The notes under the pieces are model-generated. The model was not told where the DNA came from, did not search any database, and saw nothing but the letters and a program-made list of their open reading frames with translations. DNA of 64,000 nt, from the NCBI GenBank assembly GCA_036172245.1, contig JAYWIR010000018.1, forward strand, positions 2,666,001 to 2,730,000, in the 5' to 3' direction. The stretch comes from Raillietiella orientalis (lineage: Eukaryota). The position numbers and the translations under genes are program-made. Below, in pieces: positions 25,159 through 39,900 of this stretch (position 1 is the first letter of the stretch; each line of letters begins with the position of its first letter).

Positions 25159-28100
25159 AACCTTTCCAAAATGAGTCTTTGGCTGCCCAAAGATAGCAGG
25201 TGTTTCAGTCTCGTAGATTTCTTACTGAGCTTTTGAGATACGAATAATTCATTAAATTCTTTCTATTTACTTTCGAAGTTTCCGAGTTTTTCGATTCGAA
25301 CACAATTTTAATAGCTATTCGTTTTTCGAAAACTTATTGGTTTTTCAAATAGTCGTAGTTTTCTTCAAAATCATTCATTTTTACGGATTGATCAAACGAG
25401 GAACTGGTTCTCAAGCTGGTGAATCTGTTGATGATTTCACCTACTTCGAGATCGATAGTTTGCCATTCAGGAATTTCATACATAATTATCGTTTCTGAAC
25501 ACATATGGAAAGCTTCCACTACATACTGAAATTTTCTTCTTCAAAAAGTCGTTGCAGGTGATACAGGCGTTGCAGAATTACTTATGAATCCAAGCTATAA
25601 AATGAAGTCCTTTCAAAAAGAATCGAGAAATTAACGATTTCTTTCAGAAAAAACAAATGCAAATAAAATTTTGACGGAATTTCGTTAAAACATGGTTTAC
25701 TGTAGGTGCAAATTCTTAATGATGCTACTTTATTACTTCGGTCACTTTCGTAGTTCCAAACGTTCAGACTAAAAAGTTTTTGTTTAAGCAGCTGTTGGCA
25801 GCCACTTGTGATTTAAGGTTCAGCAGTTTTTTTAAAATATAAATTCGTAGAGCTGGCAACAACAGGAGATACCAGGTTTTGGTTCTTTGGACGAAAACGG
25901 GATTTTTTTAGCGTCAGTGATTTTCCACTTTTTCTTATTCCATAATCTCCAGACTGTAAATTAGTTGAATCTGCAGACAAAGATCGTGATTGTAAAAATT
26001 GTGGTTTTGAAAAATGCCAACACAAACTGGGAGATTGCACTGCTTTGCTTAGCTGTCATCCACACACGAGTGCTAAGCAACTGCTGGTCAATTTCCAGGT
26101 TATTCAGTAACATGAATTGTTACATTATATATTATTTATTAACGTTTGCCAAAACTTTCGGATCTTTTTGACTGATTGATTATGTACGTTCATGATATCA
26201 GCTTTTATTTTTTTATTACCACTGTAAAATGCAGGCGCAAAAATTTTTCACCAGCAAATTTGCTTCTCCGTAAATGATGGGTTTCTGAAATTTATAGGAA
26301 ACACTTCGTTTATTGGGATTGAGGGTCTTTTGAAATTCAGTTCTAGAAACTGCAGAAGTTCCTACGTTTTAAATAAAATTGTTTATTTTAAACTATAACA
26401 TGATAGTGATGTCGCAATCGTGGAACGTATGGCTTTTAAGAGTCCATATTCAACTCCTTGTAATTTTATGGTTAGAGTGTGTGATTTTATGGTTACAGAT
26501 TACGAACCATTTTGGATGATGCCAAGCATTTCTTGAAAAAGTATTTCATGGTTTAAAGCAGTTTTCATCAAAGCGCACGAATTTTCTCCTCAATCTTGTA
26601 GTGTTTCTGGCTAGTTATGCATTTTGGTTCAGTTCAAAGTCTCGTACAACTTTACATTAGAATTTGATATCTTGCATACATTATGCATCCAGAATAGTTT
26701 CAAGTGTTTTTAGCTAAAATGAATCGTTTGTTTGCTTTTCTGTTTCAGTTGATCGCATTTCTAAGAAAAAAATTTGGAAATAAAAGTTTCCTCTTGTCAA
26801 TAAGCCACGATTGGAACCTATCCCATTGGAGTTTTTTTCACATTACTTAATTTCAGTGTAACTTTAAAACAATTCGTTTTTAAAGAAAGGACAAGCAGAA
26901 CTAAAATCATTTTAATTATTTTTGGCATCTTAATGGTAATTTTGGTTTTCAAACAAAATTCCAAACATTGCCTTCAAGTTTTTGCCCTCAAATTACTGAA
27001 GAGTAAAAGTGATTTACAGGTCCTGAAACTTCGAGATAGTGACTCTTAAGCCTTCAGGTTTCATAAAACTTGTTAGGTGTTAAATTTTCCAGGAACTTGT
27101 AAAATTTTGGCACCTTTTGTTTTTAATGTAACAGCACCATTAAGCCATATTTCTGCTTAGTAAACTAAAAACTGATTATGGTGATATTCAAAAGTGATGT
27201 AACTAAAAAACGTAATATAAACAAGCAATCCTTTATTTGCTTTTCATAAAGAGCTTGCAGATCTGTAAAGATCTATGCTTTCTAGGATTTGATAAGTGCT
27301 TTTTTTTTTTATACTACACATGTAGCTTTTAGATTGGATCTTTAAGAATTCACTCTTGCTCGTTTTTAATCACGAAAAGATTTAAAAGATAAAAGTACTG
27401 TCAAGTTTTGGGGTTTGGGAGCATTCTGCAAATATTTAGATGCAGCGTGCTATGCTATTCACAATCTAGAAAGCATAATGATAACTAACTCATTAAACTC
27501 CAGCATGGCACATGTTCAGTGCTGTAAATGTTTGCAATATGTAGTCATTAGAGCAATTTTTCTTCCCAGATAAATACCTTTAAGCATGTAAAAATAGATT
27601 AAACATCTGAAGATTTCTCTGATGCGAATAAAATGTTTAAGTATGTTTCCCAGTTTTTCTGGCAATTGCATGACAACTCAAAAATGAGTAATTCTTTTTA
27701 TTAAGTGTATGATTATTCTCAGCAGTGATTGAAATGCAAGAGTCTGTGGTCCAAGGCTATTGTGATTCTGGTTCCTCATGTTCTGTGAAAGGTGTGAAGA
27801 GCATTTACTGTCAGCATATGGATTTTAAAGATTACTCAATTTTACAAAATGTTGAGTAGGCAACATTTTGTGCTCCCTTGTGTGGCATCTTGGCTGTAAG
27901 CCATTTTGTGTGACTGTGTGTTGAAAGCATTTATTGATAGCATCTCTATTTATTAATCACAGTGGAAACATTGTTTTGAATGCTGTTTGGAGTTTATCAT
28001 GGTATCAGTAATCCAGTACATTTAAGGTAAAAGTTGTAGTAATGAGGAAATTTTTGTCAACAAGTGTGAATGAATGATGACAAATTAGAGGTATCAGACT

Positions 28101-30289
28101 TACATGGAATTCTTCAGCTATAATTGCTTTAAGTATTTACAGTGTGTAAGAATTGATGCCAAATAATTATTACCATGTGTAAAGTGTTTTAGCTGTTGTA
28201 GCAAGATATTGATGAGAATACATACATCTATTTTGGTTGTGTTCAGATATTGTTATTGGTTGTTGTTATCAGTGCATGGAGTTTTTGTCATAAGGTAGTA
28301 TTGTAAATAATTATGATGTTTTACAGAATCAATACCCTCCAGAATTATACTCTACAATAGCTCAAACAATTGAGCTGATTGCTTTTCTGAGACCAGAGAA
28401 TGCATGTTAAAGCTGATTTTGTTAAGACATTTGATCGTTTGTTTTGTTGTATGTTTTTATCTATAAGAATATGAATTGACCTTTAATTAGCTTATTTGCA
28501 GTAATCAGTTTGCTTCTTAAATGTTCAAGCCTAAAATTTCTTGCTTAAAATCTGGTAGAAAATAATGCTATTTTCAAAGTAATTGTTATTTCTGATCTGT
28601 ATTTGCTGATTCAATTTAGTACTCACATCAGGACAAATGTGTTTCTCAGTACTCTATAATAAAGAACTAAACTCAAGTACTGTGACTACTGATTAGATAC
28701 TTAAATTTGTATGGCAGCTCTTTTAGGCAAAATACAACTGAAAATTAAGTAGCTTCCTTGAATTAAAGTTAGAACTCTACACCATTTTTTAGAAAACATT
28801 TTAGTATGAGGGAAATTAAGAAAGTATGTTTCATTGAGATCCATTTTTGTGTTTTCAGTGAAATATAAATTACTTGCATTTAATTGGTAGTATTGTAATT
28901 TTTCAGTTGTTTTAGTGTAATTGTAATTTTGGTAAGTGTGCACAGATTCATGGATAACAGTTTGGTATAGAGGTCTCTAATTATGATTCTAGGAATTGAA
29001 GCTCACAGCCTTAGTACATAACAATTACCATAGTACATGTTACTGGATTATGATGGGATGCTTAATACAAAATCAGAATCGTTTACCTCAAACAAAGCTG
29101 ATTTATTTTTTGCTTTCAGAGCTGTTAAAACTGTTTAATTTTTTCTTGTATTCATAAGTATTCATTCTAATGGCAATACCAAATCCCAGATTTCTACAAC
29201 TTTCCCTGCACACATGTATTCAAAATTCATTTGTAACTTGGTTTGGTATTTTCCCCTCAAATGTGCCATTTCACAAGTATTGTATCACCTTCTGTGCTTC
29301 TGTCTGCAGTGTTTAGGGCCTGAACAGTTGAGGATGTGTCTAATTTTCAGTGTATTGCAGTGCATCAGTTTTCTTAGCATTGCATGTTTTAAAATTCCCT
29401 TTTTGTTTTAAATCAAGGATTGAGCTTTTGGTTCTTTTGAAACTGCTTAATTTCTACAAATGCTTTTCAATATTTGTGCAAGAAGTTGCTTGAATGGATT
29501 CCATTAACTGTTTGAATGATGAGAAATTTGTTATACCTTTTAGCAATTCGGAATTTTTCTTTTCAGTTTGCATTCATTGATCCAGTGTAACCTCCCACAT
29601 TGTAGAATTTATGGTATCACACCACATTAATTGTTATATAATAATAAAAAAATACATGGCCTCAAAACCATAAGGCGGCAGCACCTTCTGTTACCTACTT
29701 ATGGGCAAAGGTGCAGTAATTTATAACAATTATTCTGAATGATATGGCAAAACTTCTAATGCAAATGAACATCTTGTGCATTTGATCTACATCTTTGTTT
29801 GCAGGCTGCTTACATGTTCAACTACAAAAATCTAGAATTATTTTGGGTGAAGTTAAATTTGCAATTTTTTCTATGATTTTTTCCATTCACAGGCTTCCTT
29901 TTTACTGCATAGTGTGAAGCTTTTTCTGTTCAGCTTACACAGTCTTTAATGAACTTAAATATAACTTCTTTTAAACTACAATATTACTTTTTTTAGTAAC
30001 TATGCAATCCAGCTCATTTAGTGCAGCTCAGACATCTACATTTTTTTCCTTAACCTTTGTAAGCATCTCTCATTTTTAAAATTAAGAAAAATAAATATGT
30101 ATTGTTCATGTTATCACATGAAACAATCTTTTCATTTGCTGCTGATTCAGTCAAATCATAAAGCAAAAAAATCTCCCCATTTTTCATTTCTGGTCACTTA
30201 TGCACAATCCCAATAAAAAGCTAGTATCACTAGTAAGCCTCAAGCACAGCAAGGCCTAAGAAACTTTAAACTTAGTCTGTTCTTCTGTA

Positions 30290-30335
30290 GCCACCAGATA
30301 GGTGGCGTATCAGATATTAAGCTGATATGAACAGA
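30290..30335 (-). ncRNA. U2: U2 snRNA gene fragment (about nt 39-84; stem IIa and stem-loop IIb), non-functional
   Basis: Minus strand reads TCTGTTCATATCAGCTTAATATCTGATACG, 28/30 to the vertebrate U2 sequence as I recall it. It is followed by GCCACC-TATCT-GGTGGC, a 6-bp stem with a TATCN loop as in stem-loop IIb. The U2 5' part and Sm site are absent. Confidence 0.85.
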
Positions 30336-30416
30336 TTTTATTTGGAAATTTCTTTACATTACATGCAAGCATATAAAATGGATGGCTACTGTATCTTCCT
30401 TTCTTTCATTAACAGC
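30336..30416 (-). mobile_element. Inverted copy of the Utopia-like 3' UTR
   Basis: The reverse complement aligns to 34046-34128 at about 80% identity by hand, and both copies end in aaataaaa|tctgttc. Confidence 0.85.
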
Positions 30417-30417
30417 G

Positions 30418-33400
30418 ACCCGTATGTCGTGTGGCATGGTGGGTTGTAACTCATCAACATGGTTACTGTTCACCATCAGATGCAGTCTGTGAAGAGCCAT
30501 GGTAAGACTGCACATGAGATAGAAGAGATGCAGTTAAGATACAAATGCAGGGACTGCGAGGCAATCTTTCTGTCGAGGAGACCCTCAGACCACACCTGCG
30601 AAGATCAGTCCACTTCAACTGCGGAAACTGCTGCTCACTCGGTCGTTCGACCGAGTGAGCAGCAGCAGTTCAATGGTCAATCTAACCAGGTTCATTTGCA
30701 ATAAGCTGGACTGTGGCATGGCCTTCTCTACAAGAAGAGGCCTATTGAACCACCAGATCTGACATGATCGAGCAGAACGATGATTAGTCACAACGTCCAC
30801 AAGTATAGAAAAAGAAACAAGTGATGAGGCGGAAGAGGACTCGATTCATGATATATCTGTAACAGGACTTGAATGCAATAAGAAAGATTGAAAAATTCCT
30901 TCATTGCCCGCCCGTAAGAAAATTATGATAACATTTGCCTGCAACAAGCCTGATTGTAAGATAGTACCTTTGCAACACAAAGACCCTTCGAAACCATCAA
31001 ACCTAGGACGTTCGCGCTGATCGACGGACCAGATCAGTCTCTTCTCAAGGATGCACTGAACTTTATAGCACGCAGAGCACTTCAAGTGAAAATGAAGATG
31101 AGTTCAAAAATTTGGATGCAGTGATCGAAGATTTCTTAGAAGAGAACCAAGGGAAGGAAGAAGAAATATCCGAAACACTTACAGAATCAATGGCAGATCA
31201 GCAGTTGGAAGAAGTGCTTCCCATAGACTCACGAAGTTCGCTACCTGCACAGATGGTCCCTACTATTGAACAGAAAGATGACTTTGCAGAAGCAGGGAAG
31301 CTACTAAGGTCCATCATTGATAACGAGTTCTTCGAGGATGAGGATATCTATGAAGCAGAAGTACCTCAGGAAGATCAAGCTGCCATACAGAAGCAAGAAG
31401 AGCATCCTAAAGAAACAGTAGTGCTCACTGAAGAAGGAAAGCAAGATCAACAAGTTAAAAAGAAATCAAGGAAAAAAGGAATAAGGCAACCGGACTTCTC
31501 GGAACAGTTTGCCGAAGAAAGGAAGTTCCCCCTAGACTTTTCCGAGCATTCAAGGGTCAAGATAAGTATCGTCTCTCGATCGATGCCAGCGTAGCTGAGA
31601 AACATTTTGAATAAGAATTGGAGATTTTCGTCCCTACAGATGCGGAAGTTCCTAGGAAGATTCTTCTTGGGAGAGACAATCATGTGTCTCCCCTGGAAAT
31701 GTCTCCCCACTCTGAAGAAAAGGTCTCTGGATGGCTACGAAGGGCAGAAAACTCGGCATCCAGGCTAGATGGAATCACTTCGAATGGAGAATTCTGGACT
31801 TTGAAGCAAAGATACTAACATCGGTTTTTTATATCCTTTTGAGGGAGAAGTTGAGTCTATCAGCTTGGACGTGCACGTGAACGATTCTGCTTCCGAAATG
31901 TCTGCAGCTTCCCCCAACATGGCGGACTGGAGACCAATATCAATTGCTAACTGCCTACAGGTTCTACTCCAAGTGTCTGTCAGCGCGTCTCAGGGATTGG
32001 ATCCGTGATAATAACGTCATCTTTCCGCAACAAAAGGGCTTTTTACCATTCAATGACGTATTGGATCACAATGTCGTGCCGCAGACAAAGCTGGAGTACA
32101 CAAGACGAACTTGGAAAGATATTGGAATCGTCTTTGTGGACTTGGCCAACGCCTTTGACACCATCTGCCATGAAATGCTTTCGAGAACATTAGCAGAAGT
32201 AGGAATGGTAGATTTTTTCATGGAAGTGATAAAGGAATTATGTTCGAACGCTGTGTACATTCAGCTGAAATACTACGCTCAGTAGACCGTGGTTCCTCCA
32301 GTGTGGAGTGAAGCAAGGGTGTCCATTGAGTTCCTTCCTTTCCATCTTCTCCCGGGAGACTATTTTAAGAGTAATGTGGCAGAGCGTCGGTGAAGATACT
32401 CTCCTGACATACGCCTGATACGAATTGGTCGCCTTGGCTGAAAACGAAGACCTGAAGTGGAGGCTACGCCACTTTGAAGATCTTGCGTCTCGCACTGGCT
32501 TGACCATGAACCCGTCCAAGGATTATTCTCCTCCGGGAAGACGCCTCGAGGTCTCAGAAACACCAACCTGTGGGTTGGGAAAGAAGACATTTCGAACATC
32601 GCAGTGTCTGAGGCGTACGGATACTTGGGAAAACCGTGCGGAATTGAAGTCTTTAAAACTGCTTCATCTAAAGAAGAGATGGTACAGAAAGTCCAAGTCC
32701 TTTTGATGTCTGGGCTGTCTCCGTTGTAGAAGTTCGATATCATTAAAACCTTTTTTCATAGTTTTGTGCATTTTCAGAGACTGGAAACGCATCCCAAAAA
32801 TGATTGGAAATACCTCGATATGTAGATCAGAAGGATGGTGAAGACCATTCTGCACCTTCCTACAAGAGCCAATACTTCTACGGGGAGAGAAGAAAGCGAT
32901 GCCTGGAGATGATGCGGATGTCCGATGAATTTGATACCATTATCGACAGTTGTTTCAAACTCCTAACGTCTTCTGATGTGGCCGCAAGGATCTAGCTAAG
33001 CAGTCACTCCGAGAGGTGTTACTTAAACAGTTACCACAGCCACCTTCGGGTGAGGAGCTTGGAATATTTCTATCCGGTGACACTTCCGGATTAGTGGAAA
33101 CATTAAGAGCATTTAGACCACGGGAATACAAGCCTCCTACCGCATTTGGCAACTTGGAACTTCGAAGATGATGAAACCAGGATACAAGTAGGAGACCTAA
33201 CGTTCAATGCAGCAATGGGGGGGAAGTGCACTGCGACAATGCGGAACGCACAACGGGAACGCTCATGGCTAGAACTGATCATTCAGATCAACATTCAGAT
33301 CAAGGGAGAGCCATGCGACTTTATTGTTTTTCCAGTTATATTTAACGACGACTGGAAAATATCTTCGTTTTGACGATTTTCGTTTCATCCATGCAGCAAG

Positions 33401-34128
33401 ACTGAACCTGCTGTCGATCCGAAGCGGAGCAAGAAGATCCCAAGGATAAAGATCGTGCAGCCGCCGCGTACCTTGAGATGAGACCCTGCTTCAGATTCTG
33501 AATCACTGAATGATGCACTTTCCCCTATACTCAACGAGGCACGATGCTATCGTAATAAGGCTGTCGGCAGTGGCAAAGAATACCACAGGATGGAAGCTAG
33601 TGTCGTCGGACAAGCTGGTACCTGAGTGTGACCTTAGCTTATGGCCTAATCTGGCGCTGCAGAAGGCAAAGAAGATGATCATCCTTGAAGTTTCCCGTCC
33701 GTTCTACAACACGAAGAGGTATTCATCCTCAGAAGAACGGAAAAAGATGAGTACCGGGAGATCCCCTGACTGGTAAGAAAAGCTTCAGGCTGGGTGAAAG
33801 CTATTATCGTCGGTGCATTAGGAACCCGGGACCCACGGAATGATGGAGTAATCGGTGAGTTAGGTATCTCGAAGCGGTATTAGGAAGCCATGTGGCACCT
33901 GATGGTGACCTCTTGCATACAGCACAGAAGGGACATCGGCAGCCTGGTCACATCGGTTAGGGCATCCTCCGGACGACGCAAATCGACAAACATATGAAAC
34001 AGCTGCAAAAGAAAGTACCTTATTAAATCCATAAAGAGTGAAGAAGCCGTTATCAAAAGATAGGAAGATACAGCAGAGTCATCCAGTTTATATACTTGTA
34101 TGTAATGTGAAGAGACTGTCAAATAAAA
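30418..34128 (+). mobile_element. Degenerate RLE-type non-LTR retrotransposon, NeSL clade, Utopia-like (zinc fingers, RT, CCHC, RLE)
   Basis: Motifs read across frameshifts: zinc fingers YKCRDCEAIF..DHTC (~30540) and FICNKLDCGMAFSTRRGLLNHQI*H (~30692). RT: WRPISI, YRFYSKCLSARL..W, QKGFLP..DHN, FVDLANAFDTICH, GVKQGCPLS (31925-32340). RHDAIVIRL, WPNLAL..IILEV, IIVGALG..DP.ND (33535-33850). The 3' end aaataaaa is followed by TCTGTTCTT, the U2 sequence found 3' of Utopia insertions. Confidence 0.88.
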
Positions 34129-36910
34129 TCTGTTCTTGTGGAAGTAAAGAAAGCAAGGCTCAACTGATTTCTTAAGTGTTGGCACTTAAGAAATGGTTTA
34201 TGTCATTTCTTATCACTTTTAAACTAGCTTGTTCTCTCGTGCTACAGATTTTAAACGTCTTCCAACCGAGAAGGAATAATCTTGAATCAATTCGTTCTAT
34301 GGAATCCACGCTCGAAACTTTAGCATGGTGAATTCCCAATCCCGCGATTGACCAGCTCATTCATTGAAGTAAACTTGAAGTATGCACTTCCCTCCTCACA
34401 ATCTGAATTTCCGGGCTTCTAAATTTTGTGCCCAAATTCGTTTTTGTCACAGTGAAATACTCTTCCGGCTGACATCAAGCTCCGTGGAATCACAACACCC
34501 GAATTAAGGTGTAGCTAAAATTCTGAACTCGGTTTTGGAAATTACAAGGATACCGTGGTGTGTTCACGAGATTTCATCCAAAGGCATTTCAGCTGCCATT
34601 TATTGCTGTGCAAGTCGCTGCATGCAGCATACATCCGTTGTGCTCATTTTTCTCTGAAAGTGCTCACAATACACTCTCTCTAGTTTACTGTCCTGGTCTG
34701 AGCACTGTGTAGTTTCTTTCTTATTCGTATCTTGAACAGAGTAGGACCGTCGGCTACTGAGAAAAGTTCGGGAGTTTGAGTGAATTTGCAGACCTTGAAA
34801 GAGTTGGAAAGAACTGTAATAAATGTGTACCGCACTGCCAGCTGTTACAGATAGACTGATTGCATTAACATCTTAGAAGAGTGTGAAAGAGGTCCATGAA
34901 AGCAATCTGCTTTTCCGGAACGCAGGATTTGAAAATGGTTAGCGCTCATCTCATCAAGGCTAAGGAAAATCTGCTTAAACAAATTAGCAAGTCACGTTAC
35001 ATTTGACACACTTAGTGTAAGTACTAGAACTGATGAAAAAGCTCAAGATGCAGACGCAAGTCGAGTCACTCCGTTCTTGAGATTCATCTTCTGCCTGAGA
35101 ACAAAGAAAAAACAATTTGAATCTCACGCCATTCAGTGTAAAGCTGGGAGGATGCTTATCAACTTTGCTAACTTGGAAGAGAAGGCTTGACAATAGAAAA
35201 AGCAAAATGAAAACTATTCTACAAACTGCTGAGACAGCCAAGGAATAATCCATATCATGAATTGAAACCTATGTTGCATCTATAGAACATCTCGTAAGGC
35301 GAGCTCATTATTTCAGTGAAAACTAAAGATGCTATGTAATTCAACAACACCCAAATTTGATGGAGAAGGCTAAAATATCAACCTTCTTTGATCGGGAGAT
35401 AACTTTTGCTGCTTGCAATTTCGGAACATGACTACCTGACTATCGAGCAAATAGAGGCATGCTAGTAACGTAAGACTAAAACAAAAACCAGTGAAATACT
35501 TTAGAAAAAAAGGATCTACTACATGAACGGACCTAATGAATGAATGAGGGATCTGAGTCACGCAGCTTCCTTTTCTCCTTTTTACTAAGAAGCGGTCAGA
35601 TATTACCTTACCTACTAATTTGACTTGTGACATTAAAAAGTGTTCATATAATATGAAAAAAACCTTTTATATATTAAGAAATTGGCATTAATTGTGTATA
35701 GACCTGTGGTTCGTAACATATATTTGTAACATACAATTCATGACGGATGTGGGACCTATCGTGACAGAGAGGCTTTCCTCCAGTGCTCTGCTGCGACCGC
35801 ACCCATAGACAAAACGAGGCTTTACTATGCATAAGCTTTTCTCATATAGGAAATACAAATTCATCAGCACATTTTTGAAAAATCATCATAGGACGTGCAA
35901 TGCCATTGATAGAGTTATGTTGCGAGAGTGTGGAAATAATTGACACACATACTCGTAATTAACAACAAAGTGCACAGTTTAAAGAAATAAAATATCCTTT
36001 GAAGCTGAGGCGAAATCTTAAGAAAACCCTGAAAGAGCTGGAGCGAAGGACATAAGCCATGACATTCTGGCAAAGACATGGGAAAGACCCACCAATGACT
36101 AAAATTAAAGTAGTTTGTTTTGTGTCAACATGATATAGGATCACTGACCGGAATTCATATGATAATAATCTAAGACATCGGGTAGAACATTAGTCTCTGG
36201 TTCCAAAAACGCTCTAAGAATACTTCTGCCAGCTTCATGCAATTCTGAAACCACCACCAGCTAACACAACACTGAAAACACTCTGTGATTATTCCGTAAA
36301 CTACAAGACCGAGGTAAGATTTACGATGCAGGATAGCAAAACTCTTCAACGAATGTAAAAGAAAAACATGGGTATACGATACAGTGTAAACATGAGTTTC
36401 AATGTATATGCCTATACATGATCACATATATACTCAGGGGAATACTTATTTACATTATCGTATACCCAAGGGACACAGGTTTGATGATACATGACCCAAT
36501 ATATGCCAGTAATCGTACATGAAAGCATAGGAAGCAATCACAGGATGTGTGCGTGTTTACAGTTGACACTTTTTTCTGTAGGCACATCAATCAGGGACAA
36601 ATCCGATAAAAAAAGTCGATTACAAAGTTCCTCAGTCAAGAACGTGATAGAAACAGTTGCCCGCCAACGATATTTATCGATAAATAATTGAGGAAGAATT
36701 TGAGGATATTCTTGGGAGACTTCTGCCTTGCAACAGATCTTCAGATGCAAAATTTTTAAGTAAAATAAGGAAGTACTGGACATCACATTTTCAGCGGTTG
36801 CTTACTTTTTATCTTCTGCTGCAAACTTAGGAAATCTTGCATTCGCTTTCCATTCTGAACATATGTGCTGTTCACACATGGTCTCCAGCAACTACTCTCA
36901 CATGTTCTGC

Positions 36911-39900
36911 TTTCCCCAGTCCGCTGGAGTGATTTTATTTAATCCACATGCATACAAAAACGACGATTGGACGAACAAGGAAAACACTTTCTCATTTGCT
37001 TTTACGCTGTCGTCCGGTGCACTGAGTATCACTTTTTCCAGTCAAATCCAAGCTTATGTCTCTGGGGTCCGGTCACTAGGGAATGTTGGGCGTTGCACTC
37101 CCCTGGACAGGATGAGCGATACACGTAGGCTGGGATTGGTCCGCAGTTCCTGATGTCGATTTCCCTCTGGGTTAATCCTCTCATGATTGCCATCGCAGGC
37201 GCTATTCTTGTACTCCTTATCTTCGCCCTTCTTATCGCAATGCTCGTGATGAAGAGGACAATCACTGTTCGTACCATGGGATCGTATCTGGGAACGTTAC
37301 CATGCCCTTCGAACAATCCCTTCTGGATTTCCATCTTTGATTTCATCTGCAGACCTATCACTGCCTTCAGCATTACTCACTCTTGGCCTAGCGTTCAGCA
37401 GGTGAACACCTGGAGCTGTGTTTTCTTGGCTCCACACTCCTTGTGGAACTCTTCCTGAGTGTTGCCTGTCCAGTATTTGGTTCTCGGGGCACCCAGAATT
37501 CCTCCGTGGCAAAACAAGAGGGGGTGGTCATGAGTGTGCGATAGCAGGTCACTCCAGCAGCTTGTGGGCTCATGTTGTGAGATTCGTAACGGCTGGCAGC
37601 TGCGGCGAGGAGTCCTGGTTTTCTTCTTTGGTGAAAACAAGTTCATGTTTTCTCATCATTTTGGACCATGCACTGCTCTGCTTTTTACGCATCTCGCGTG
37701 TCCTGTGCGTAAAACGTCCTGTGACTTGCTTGCAGTACCGGAGCAGTCGCATCTCGTGGTAGCTGCCATCGGTAGCGAGCTGTTCTCAAACCCGGATGGT
37801 CAGTCTGGGTCTTACGTGTATCCAAAGCTACATCTCCCTTGGAACGGGAAGGAAGCAAGAATTACCGAGGTCGGTTCTTCCATCTGGATTGTTCTGCTGC
37901 GAGGCATCATTTTCCTTTGGTGAGTCCTCACCAGTGCCTGCTTACTTTTCCAGGTGATCTCCATTCACTCCAGGTTTGCCAATAGAGGATGACATCAGGC
38001 CACTAAAGTTAACACCTTCGAAAAGGCTCTTTGTGCCACAAACTCTCATCCGTCTCGGTCTTCAGCAAGTTCCAGTTGTCGCGCATTCATGGCGATGCAT
38101 GTAGCGTTCCGACGACTTCATCCCGGTTCTGCCATCTCCTTGAAGGCGGTCTTGAGCCTTATCCGCTATTTGAACTCTCCCCACAGATCTCTTCGTTGTA
38201 GATGTCCCACCTCCATCTGAATCTTCTTGTCCATTCGGCAGATGGCCCTTTCACAGAGCACCTTGGTAAGGAGCACGTCATTTTACAAATTGGTACCCTG
38301 CTTTATACTTTTGAAGTCATCCAGGGTGAAATTGGCTGCTTTTCCTCTTTTTTCCTTAGGATTTCTCTCCACAGAGGCCTGCGACGCCGCCGATGGGGAT
38401 TCCAAGGTTCTGATTCCATCTACCTCTCAGAATCCCTTTTCTCTTAGTCTGGAGAGGTTAAGAATTCCGGTGGACATGAGATGGGACTTTTGGACGTTGA
38501 TCTGGAGACCCAGTTCTTTCTTCAGACTCGACTACACGCAGGAACGTATGCTCCTCATCCTTCAGGAAGAACAGAAAATTATCCGCATTTGCTAAGTGAA
38601 TCAGTTTGGCGTCCTCAATCTGGATTCTTTGAAGGCAGCTGCCTCTCATCGATCACCGACGGAACAATCTCCATGTAGATTACAAACAGCATTGGACTCG
38701 GGGCCTCGCCTTGGGCTGATTCCCCTTTCCATGCTGATTGCTTTTGCAATCTGCCCGTTGATGCAGATTTTGAAGTACTGCTATTCGAGTACTCTTTCCA
38801 CTCACTGGATGGAGCACTTTGGGAAGCTCAGTTTCCTCAATATACTCAGCAATATTATTATCACGTGCTTCACGGTGCCCAAGGTATTCTCCACATCCGT
38901 GAAGCCCAGCGTTAGTTCATCGCCGATGTGCCGACTATGCTCAGTGGTGGTGGCCTGGGTACACCCCACGTTGCCAGGGAGGCGGTGTCCAGATACCGCA
39001 AACGTCCGCTTTGGAAAGATGGTCTATGCTAAAACCTCACTCAAGCGGTCGGCCGAGATCGTGGCCAGGTACCGGGCGTCCGAGTTCAGGATGGACATTG
39101 GTCGACGCGGGGTGACCTTTGTTAGGTCGCCTCCCTTGGGTGGCGATTTCATCCTGCTTCCGTGGAATGACTCTGGGAGCCTCTTCTTCTTAGATGCAAA
39201 GCGTGAGCTCGTGGGACAGGCGCAGGATGTCCACCTTCCACTTGAGAGTGGAAGGTGGACACATTATGAGGCCTGCTGCCACATTCTTGCGTAGTTCCGC
39301 GTACGCGCCTTTCACTTCTTCCATGAAAATCTCTTCGTCTAGCCTCTGGACGCTGAGTCCTCGCCGGAGGTAGCTCAAAATGTTTCTTGTTGCATGGAGA
39401 ACACGTCTTGGCTTTAAAAGTGAGGAGTGGTTGTGTAGTTCGAGCTCTCCTACGATGCTTTCCGACGTTCGATGCACTTGATCCTTGTGCTGGATGCAGA
39501 AGATGCCGGTGGAGATGTTTTCATCCAGCACGACGATTTCCCCCCTTACCAAGTGGAAAACATACCGTCTCGCGTAATGACCCCGATTCTTCGAGAGATA
39601 GGACCTTGGACCTTCGAGCGACCTTGGATGTTTAGCTCTCGGTACGCTTCCTGGATCATCATACAGTCTCCGTATCGAAGGTTGCAAAACGAGGGGATCC
39701 TATGCTTCAACTTGCCCCAGTTGACGACTCTGCAGAAGGTGAGACTTCGCAGAATCGCCTCGCTAACTTCCTGGTGGCAGGTAGGCATCTCGAGCCAGGT
39801 GGGCATGCAGGCGAGGGCAGCCTTGGATTCCATCTTCCTCCGAGGGTTTTCCGTTTTCAAGGTGAATCACAGTAGCGGGTGATCCGAGAGCTGAGTCTCG

